A stretch of 24,019 nt of DNA from Elusimicrobiota bacterium (GTDB lineage: Bacteria; Elusimicrobiota; Elusimicrobia; UBA1565): positions 1 to 24,019 of the forward strand of contig JBDRPD010000056.1 of the NCBI GenBank assembly GCA_043827405.1, in the 5' to 3' direction. Each line of letters starts with the position of its first letter. The first letter of the stretch is position 1. Positions 14,955 to 21,500 of the stretch are shown in pieces. A program made the translations under genes and the position numbers. Below the pieces are notes generated by a model that worked only from the letters and a program-made list of their open reading frames with translations, was not told the origin of the DNA and did not search any database.

Positions 14955-16217
14955 GACGGTGATTTCGCTCGACGAAGACGGTCGCGAGCGGATGAACTGC
15001 GCAAGCAGGCAGATCAGCCAGCACCAGGCAATCGATATTAGAGCCTGCGCCGGCGGCATGGAGCGCAGGAGGGTCCATAGGCCTGCAATGGGATCGAAGA
15101 GTATCCAGGCCCCGCTTGCCGGCGGGTTTTTGATGCGGGTTGCAACCGTTACGGCACGGAAGCGCTTGTCCCGGAGTTCGTCGAGGACCGCTTGCTGCAG
15201 TTGGGGCGCACTCATCACCGTATGCCCCGGAATATCCATCAAGTTCCAGGCGTAGGCCGCGCTGCCCCAGCCATGGGCGTCGCTTGCCCCGCAGAGGAAG
15301 ACATTATACCGGCGCGCCAGCTCGACGATCCGGTTGCGGTCGCCGGGGGTGAGTTCGCGGGATTTGGGGGCGCCGTTCGCGAGTTCAATGCCGTCGGCGC
15401 CCCATGCGATGAGCGTCTCCAGGCGGTCCCGGTGATGCTTCCAGTATTCGGGCAGGCTCAGCACCGACAGCGCGCCATGTTCGGCGGCGCCGGTCGAGAG
15501 GAAGCGCCGGAGCCCCTCTATCCCATCGGTGTAGCGTTTAGTGTCGATGAGGCGCTCATTGCCGAGCGCCACGATATGGGCGTCATGCAGGCTGAGCTCC
15601 TCGCCAAGAAGCGAGCGGTAGCCGGCTCGCTCGTGGTCCGCTCGCGACAGGTCGTAGGCCGCCTGCGACCCGGCGAAGTTGTTGTGGTCGGTGACAAAGG
15701 CCGCGCCGAAGCCTTGCCGCTTGTGCCAGCGGATATTCTCCGCGGGGGTGAAGGCGGGGGGGACGCGGCGGCCGTCATGGGAATGCGTCGTATGGGAATG
15801 GAAATCGACGACCAGCTGGTCCGGGCTGGACGCGGCAAGGCGGGCGGCCGGGCGCGGCCACAACGCTCCCCAGGCGAGAAACAGCAGGACGGCCAGAAGG
15901 TTGCGCAGAAAGCCGGTCAAGCGGCGCCGGTATCCGCGGCGCAGGGCGGCCGCGATCGCGCAGGCGGCGAGAAGGTAGAGCAGCCAGACCCAGTGCTGGC
16001 GCACGCTGTTGAAAGTCAGGCAGTCCGCCAGCGCGGAGAACGGCGCGGTCAGGGTGTAGCTGAGCGGGAACTCCAGAACGCCGAGCGAAAAAGGGGCGCC
16101 GTCGATGCCGTTGCGCAGCAGCGCGGGAAAACGGAGCAGCTGGCCCGCTATGACCGCCAGCGTGCCTGCGACGGCCGCGGCAAGGGGGATGGGGAAGCGC
16201 GCTTTAGCGCGGCTCAC
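14952..16217 (-). CDS. Membrane-bound PHP-domain metallophosphoesterase, 421 aa
   Basis: PHP motifs VDFHSHTTHSHDG, VTDHN, GEELS, HIVALG, GIELAN and ASDAH; three N-terminal and one or two C-terminal hydrophobic helices; its GTG start overlaps the upstream TGA (GTGA coupling). Confidence 0.88.
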   Translation of the reverse strand: MSRAKARFPIPLAAAVAGTLAVIAGQLLRFPALLRNGIDGAPFSLGVLEFPLSYTLTAPFSALADCLTFNSVRQHWVWLLYLLAACAIAAALRRGYRRRLTGFLRNLLAVLLFLAWGALWPRPAARLAASSPDQLVVDFHSHTTHSHDGRRVPPAFTPAENIRWHKRQGFGAAFVTDHNNFAGSQAAYDLSRADHERAGYRSLLGEELSLHDAHIVALGNERLIDTKRYTDGIEGLRRFLSTGAAEHGALSVLSLPEYWKHHRDRLETLIAWGADGIELANGAPKSRELTPGDRNRIVELARRYNVFLCGASDAHGWGSAAYAWNLMDIPGHTVMSAPQLQQAVLDELRDKRFRAVTVATRIKNPPASGAWILFDPIAGLWTLLRSMPPAQALISIAWCWLICLLAQFIRSRPSSSSEITV

Positions 16218-17119
16218 ACGTCTTTGCCGTCGGCGGCAATCGCGGCGAGACGCTTCTCGAAGAGCTCGTTGGAGTCTTCGCCCTCATCGGAGAGCAGGAA
16301 GTACTTGCTGGCGTTGCGCGACAAGAGGACCAGGAGCTTGGCCGGTACGCCGGCGCGCCGATAGGCGGCGAGCTTGTGGTGGCCGTCCAGGACCACTCCG
16401 GAGAAGAACGAGTGCAGGTTTTTCGAATGTCCGCTCGTGACGCTTTCGGGGATCGCCCGCTGCAGCATGCCCAGCACGAGGATGCGGGGGCGGTCGCCGC
16501 TGGTGATCATTTCCTTGTAGAGGCGGATGTTTTCCTGCTTGAGCTTGTGCGACGGCACCAGCGGGATGAGGAACTTGAAGAGCTTCTCGGTGATCGATTC
16601 GTGACGGAAGACGCGGGGACGGTTGCCTTCGTAGTGCTCCCAGTCGGACAGGATGTCTTCGGCGGCCGGGTCCTCGATGTCCCACATCTCGAGGAACTCG
16701 CCGTTGTGGAAGTAGGACTCCTCGTCGTCGGCGCGGAAGGGGCCCCGCAGGTCGATCGACATATTGAACACGTAGTGCTCGCCCTTATCCATCAGCTCGA
16801 TCATCGGCGAAATCTCGTCGATGGTTTTGGCGTCCACCGGCTGGAGGATCGATATCGCCTTGGGCAGGTTGACCACTTTTTTCTGGGCGAAGCCGCGCGG
16901 CTCCTGCAGGCACTTGAACCAGAAATGGCAGGTATCGCAGTCGTTGCCGATTTCGAAATTCTTCTTGCCGTTGATCTCGAGATGCAGCGTATTGGACGAC
17001 GCATGCTTCTTGCCCAGCCCGATCTTGAAGAACGATTTCGGCTGCGGGTGCTTTACCTTCCAAACGCCTTTCTGCACCTCAACGGGCTTCAAGGGTGTCG
17101 CTTTGGGTTGGGTTTTCAT
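16214..17119 (-). CDS. Hypothetical cytoplasmic protein with CxxC and a ParB/sulfiredoxin-like DGHHK motif, ~301 aa
   Basis: CDTC near the N-terminus; RPRILV...VLDGHHKLAAYRRAG near the C-terminus; strong G/C-ending codon bias. ATG 17119 preferred over TTG 17128. Confidence 0.8.
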   Translation of the reverse strand: MKTQPKATPLKPVEVQKGVWKVKHPQPKSFFKIGLGKKHASSNTLHLEINGKKNFEIGNDCDTCHFWFKCLQEPRGFAQKKVVNLPKAISILQPVDAKTIDEISPMIELMDKGEHYVFNMSIDLRGPFRADDEESYFHNGEFLEMWDIEDPAAEDILSDWEHYEGNRPRVFRHESITEKLFKFLIPLVPSHKLKQENIRLYKEMITSGDRPRILVLGMLQRAIPESVTSGHSKNLHSFFSGVVLDGHHKLAAYRRAGVPAKLLVLLSRNASKYFLLSDEGEDSNELFEKRLAAIAADGKDV

Positions 17120-17127
17120 GATTGTCA

Positions 17128-17143
17128 AATATACTTAATTGTA
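17128..17143 (-). promoter_or_regulatory. Candidate -10 elements (TACAAT 17143-17138; TATATT 17133-17128)
   Basis: AT-rich patch with two TANNNT hexamers 18 and 8 nt before ATG 17119; no SD. Confidence 0.45.
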
Positions 17144-17183
17144 AAGCATTCTGAGGTATACCGCAAGCCCCGCCGGAGGGTCA

Positions 17184-17212
17184 TTGATTTTTCGTCGGTC
17201 AGACGTTATACT
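17184..17212 (+). promoter_or_regulatory. Sigma70-type promoter TTGATT-N17-TATACT, leaderless configuration
   Basis: -35 at 17184-17189, -10 at 17207-17212, then caaccc-ATG(17219). Confidence 0.72.
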
Positions 17213-17218
17213 CAACCC

Positions 17219-18277
17219 ATGAACGACGGCGAAAACAGCCGGCTCCTGAAATGCCTATTCGCTGACTCCGACCGCGCCTTTGTGGTGCTCGACCGGGAAG
17301 CCCGCATGCAGGCATTTTCCGCCGGGGTGACGGAGCTGACCGACCATCCCATCGAAGAGCTGCGGAACTCCCGCTTTTCCATGCTGTTCGCCGATGGGGA
17401 CGCCTGTGCGGCCGTGCTCAAGGAGGCGGGGAAGAACGCCTTGCTCAGAAACTGCGAAACCATCATCGTGCACAAGAACGGCGGCCACGAAAGGGTTTTT
17501 ATGACCCTGCAGGCCATCGAGGGATTGGGACATCTCGTCGAGATTACGCCGGCGGTGGAGGATTTGGGTTCAGCGCCGGACAGCCGGACGATCCAGGAGA
17601 CGCTGGTCAAGATGGAGCGCTTCAGCGCCGTCGGCCGGATGACCGCCGCGTTCGCGCACGAGATGCGCACTCCGATCCACGTCATCGCCAGCACCGCCGA
17701 GCTGATGCTGGGCGAGATGCCGGAGGATGCGCCGCAGCGCGAGAGCATCGATATGATTCTGCGCAACGCCCAGCACGCGAACCTGTCGATCCGGGCGCTG
17801 CTGGAATTCTCCAAGGTGGGGAAGTCCAACCTGAGAAAGGGCTCAATCAACGATGTGTTCCGGGCGACGCTGCAGCTGGTCGGCAAGCTGTTCGAAAAGC
17901 AGCAGATTGAAGTGGAGATGGAGATGGGGGAGGTCCCCGAGATACTCATGGACTCGCAGAACATGCGGGCGGTCGTGCACAGCCTGCTGATCAACGCGGT
18001 CGATGCCATGCCGGAGGGCGGCAAGCTGCGCATCAAGACCGAGATCGACGAGGCGAGCGGCGGCACGCGCTTCAGCATCCAGGATACCGGGATCGGCATG
18101 TCGGCGGAGGCCCTGCGCCGCATCGGCTCCGCTTTTTTCACCACCAAAGAGGACGGGACGGGCTTGGGGCTGTATCTGACCAAACGCGTACTGGCCGAGC
18201 ACGGCGCCGAGATTACGTTTGCCAGCGCGGAAGGCGAAGGCAGTACGGTGACCATCGATTTCCCGGCAAACAGCTGA
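17219..18277 (+). CDS. Cytoplasmic PAS-domain sensor histidine kinase (HisKA + HATPase_c), 352 aa
   Basis: PAS-like N-terminus (AFVVLDREARMQAFSAGVTELT), H-box FAHEMRTPI, N-box LLINAVDAM, G1 IQDTGIGM, F-box FFTTK, G2 GTGLGL; no TM. True start ATG 17219, not 16376. Confidence 0.93.
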   Translation: MNDGENSRLLKCLFADSDRAFVVLDREARMQAFSAGVTELTDHPIEELRNSRFSMLFADGDACAAVLKEAGKNALLRNCETIIVHKNGGHERVFMTLQAIEGLGHLVEITPAVEDLGSAPDSRTIQETLVKMERFSAVGRMTAAFAHEMRTPIHVIASTAELMLGEMPEDAPQRESIDMILRNAQHANLSIRALLEFSKVGKSNLRKGSINDVFRATLQLVGKLFEKQQIEVEMEMGEVPEILMDSQNMRAVVHSLLINAVDAMPEGGKLRIKTEIDEASGGTRFSIQDTGIGMSAEALRRIGSAFFTTKEDGTGLGLYLTKRVLAEHGAEITFASAEGEGSTVTIDFPANS

Positions 18278-18300
18278 ATTCCGCCCCGTTTTTCCCGCTA

Positions 18301-18320
18301 ATTCTGTAAAGATTCTGTAA
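18301..18320 (+). promoter_or_regulatory. Perfect 9-bp direct repeat ATTCTGTAA x2, 11-bp period (OmpR/PhoB-type box candidate)
   Basis: Copies at 18301-18309 and 18312-18320, upstream of a TATAGT hexamer at 18342-18347. Confidence 0.5.
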
Positions 18321-18348
18321 TTTCAGTCTTCTACCCTCTTTTATAGTA

Positions 18349-18402
18349 ACGGCCCGGCGCGAAAGCGTCGAGCCGTCCCGCCGAGTTGGATCGCAGATCC
18401 AA
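18349..18402 (+). other. Two adjacent stem-loops (possible structured leader, sRNA or terminator)
   Basis: ACGGC-c-CGGCGC-GAAA-GCGTCG-a-GCCGT (18349-18376) and TTGGATC-GCA-GATCCAA (18386-18402). Confidence 0.5.
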
Positions 18403-18408
18403 GCGTAC

Positions 18409-18436
18409 TTGATTTATACGGTTTGGACTTTATACT
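18409..18436 (+). promoter_or_regulatory. Sigma70-type promoter TTGATT-N16-TATACT for the coiled-coil gene
   Basis: Same two hexamers as the kinase promoter; -35 at 18409-18414, -10 at 18431-18436. Confidence 0.55.
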
Positions 18437-18507
18437 GATGTTTGTCGACCAAAATGTGAGCGTGCGCCCTTCGTGGGGGCGAAAGTCGGAACCTGGAGAA
18501 GGGGCCT

Positions 18508-21500
18508 ATGGATAAATGGGACGAGGAAGCTTTTAAAGAGATCGACAGCCTGGAAGCCGCACGACTTGCGATTCGGGGGGCCGTAGCCACGATACGGGAC
18601 CTCCAGGATCTCAACGCCCGCTTGAAGGGCACGGCCCAGGACACGCTCACGCAGAAGAAGTTGGTCGACAACGAGAACACCGAGCTCAAGCAGCAGCTCG
18701 ATCATTGGGAAGGGGAAGGCAAGCGTTGGGAGGAGGAGCGGCAGACCCAGAAAACGGCGGAGAAGCGCTGGCGGGAAAAAGTCCGGATCGAAGTGCGGGA
18801 GGAGGAGCGGAGCCGCATCGACGAGGACCGGCAGCGGATGGAGGCGGAGGTCCAGCGTCTCTGCTCGCAGGTGGAAGAGTGGAAGGCCTCGCACCGGTCG
18901 AAGGAGGACCAGTGGCGCCAGGTGAAAAACCTGCTGGAGCAGCGCGAGGTCGAACTGCTGACGTCGCAGCGCGAGAAGACGGAGCTTTCGAATCAGTTCC
19001 ACAAAGACTCCGAGATGCTCAACCGGCTGCGCAAGCAGCGCGATGAGGAGATCATCGGCGGCATCCGCGCCCGCGAGCGGGATCTTGAAGCGAAGGAGCG
19101 GGAGATTCTTGAGCTCAAGCGCAAGAACGAGGAGTTCCAGCGGGTCTTCGCCGCTTCGGCGCAGGAGAACGAGCTCAAGCTGCAGGCGCGTGAGGAGGAG
19201 CTGGCCAAGCGCTTCCGCGAACGCGAGCTCGAAATGCAGGAGAAGTACAGCCGCCGCGAAGCGGAGCTGCAGGCCGCCTGGGCGGACCTGGAGAACGGAC
19301 TCTGGAAGCGGACCAAGGATGCGCGCGAGAAGCTCGATCAGGCCGTGCAGACGCAGTTCGAGGAAAGAGCGCGCGCGCTGGCGGAGCGCTCGCAGGAGAT
19401 CGAACGCCTGTTGGAGACCCGCCGCACCGACCTCGAAGAGGGCTTCCAGAAGCGGGCGAGCGAGCTTGAGGTTCGCTACGCGAAGCTGGAAAAAGACCTC
19501 AAAGGACGCTGGGAGAAGACCGAGGCCGAGAAGCTCAAGGAGTTCGAGGAGGAGATCGAGAAGGAGAAGGCCGCCGTCGATGAGGCGGGCCGGCAGCAGG
19601 CGAAAATCCTGGAAGAGGAATATCAGTCCCGGCTTAAGGAGCTGGACCGCCGCGAGCAGGATAGCGAAAAGCGCGCCGCCCGGAAGCAGTCGGAGCTGGA
19701 GGCCGAGCTAAACCGCAAGATCGGCGACGTGGAAATGCGCGAACAGGAGTCCCGGCAGGCGCTGGAAGAAGGCTACCAGCTGCGCCGTGTCGAGATGCAG
19801 GAGCAGTTCCTGGAGAAGGAAAACGCGCTGCGCGAGGACTGGACGCGGCGTAAAGTCGATCTACTGGAAGAGCATGAGAAGGCTGTCGAAGAGGAGCGGG
19901 CGGCGGTAAAAGCTCAGGTTGAGCAGCGGGAGCGCACGTTGGATCAAGCGTATCAGGCGCGGGTGGCCGAGCTGGAGAAGACCCAGGCGGCGATGGAGCA
20001 GCAGTACCGCGGCTGGAAGTCGCAGGTGCTCGAGGAGTTTATCCAGAAGGAGAAAACCCTCGCCAAGCAATGGCATACGCGTGAGCAGGAGCTGATCCGG
20101 CGCTATGAGACGGCTTTGGACCAGGAACGGCGCGGCGTGCGTATTGAAGAAGACAAGACCAAAGACAGCTACGATGATATGCGCGAGCGTCTCGAGCGGA
20201 ATTTCCGCAAGCGCACCGATGAGATGCGGCAGAAGTACGAGCGCATGGAGGCGGACCTGCGCGCGGCCTACGAGAAGCGCGACAACGAACGCACGGGCGC
20301 GCATGGCGCGGCGGTGCGCGAGCTGAAAGAGAAGCACGAAGAACGCGTGGCCCAGCAGGCAGATAATCTGGAGAAGGAGTATCTGCGGCGCGAAGCGGAG
20401 CTCAAGCTCAGCATGCAGAAGCTTAAGGAAGGACACCAGAGCGAGCTCCTGACCTACGAGAAGAAGCTCGGCGAGAAAGACCTTCGCATCGGCGAGCTGG
20501 ACGAACTTTACGCCTCGGTCAAGGAAGAGAAGGGCCGGGTCTGGAGCGAACTGCAGGAGCGGGAAAGCCGCTACGAAGCGGAGCGGCTTGAACGGGTGCG
20601 CGAGCAGCAGCGTCTCGATGCGGAGCGTGAGGACAAGTATTTGCAGCTGGAGGCCGAGCTGCAGCGCATTTGGACCGAGAAGGAGAAGGAGCACCGGGTC
20701 AAGTACCAGCAGGCGCTGGAAGAGCAGGCCAAGCGCTACGCGGCGTCGATCCAGCGGCTCGAGGACGAACGCCAGGAGGAGCGCGAGCAGTACGCGGCCA
20801 AGCTCAATACCCAGCAGCGCGCGGAGCAGGAGGCCTGGCTGGAGCGTCATCGCCGGGCGCTCGTCCGCGAGCGAGAGCAGCAGCAGGAGCATGCGCGGGG
20901 GCACCTGGAAACCCTCAATAACGAGGCGGCGCTGCGTGAAAGAGAGCTGGCCAAGCGCAAGGAGGCGCTGGAGGCTTACTACCGCAAGCGCGAAGAGGAC
21001 CTGGCGGAAGAGTGGCGGGTGAAAGAGCGCCGCTTCCTGGAGGAGCAGCAGGCGGTGCTGATGAAGGAGCGGCAGGCTCTCGACGAGATGTTCCGCAGCC
21101 GCGAGGAGACCCTGCACGCCAATTATGTGAGCCTTGAGAAGCAGCTCAAAAGCGACTGGGCGCACAAGTCGGAGACGCTGGCCGATGAGTCCGAGGAGCG
21201 AATACGTCTTGAGCTCAAAGAGAAGGAGGACGGCTTTGAGCAGCAGGTCGCGCAGTGGCAGAAGGAGTTTGAGCTGCACAAGAAAAACCAGCTGAGTCTA
21301 GAGCGCGAGTCGCTGCAGGGGGAGTTCGACCGCAAGAGCATGGAGCTGGCACGGCGCCGCTCGGAGCTCGAAAAGGAGATGCGCGCCAAGGAAGGCCGTC
21401 TGGATAAGGCTTACCTCGAGCGCGAGCAGGCTCTGGAGACGCAGTGGAAGGTGCGTGAATCGGAGCTGATGACGAAGGTCGATGAGGCGCAGGAGAACTT

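Noticed and set aside
14881..15078. N-terminal extension of the giant protein in the ORF track
   Set aside because: Overlaps the PHP gene on the same strand and buries the signal peptide that begins at 14880.
15070..15085. Third copy of the palindrome (AGGGTC-CATA-GGCCTG)
   Set aside because: Outer bases mismatch and it lies inside the PHP coding sequence, so it is not counted as evidence.
16927..16941. CxxCH (CDTCH) as a heme c site
   Set aside because: The protein has no signal peptide or TM, so cytochrome c maturation is unlikely; a metal or redox CxxC is more plausible.
16376..17218. 281-aa N-terminal extension of the histidine kinase
   Set aside because: Antisense to the 16214-17119 gene; a promoter-ATG arrangement and the PAS start support 17219.
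18345..18495. c-di-GMP-I riboswitch or hammerhead ribozyme
   Set aside because: The GAAA-loop stem lacks the GGCAAAC/GACGCAAAGC context; the stem followed by GAAA at 18481 lacks an adjacent CUGANGA core.
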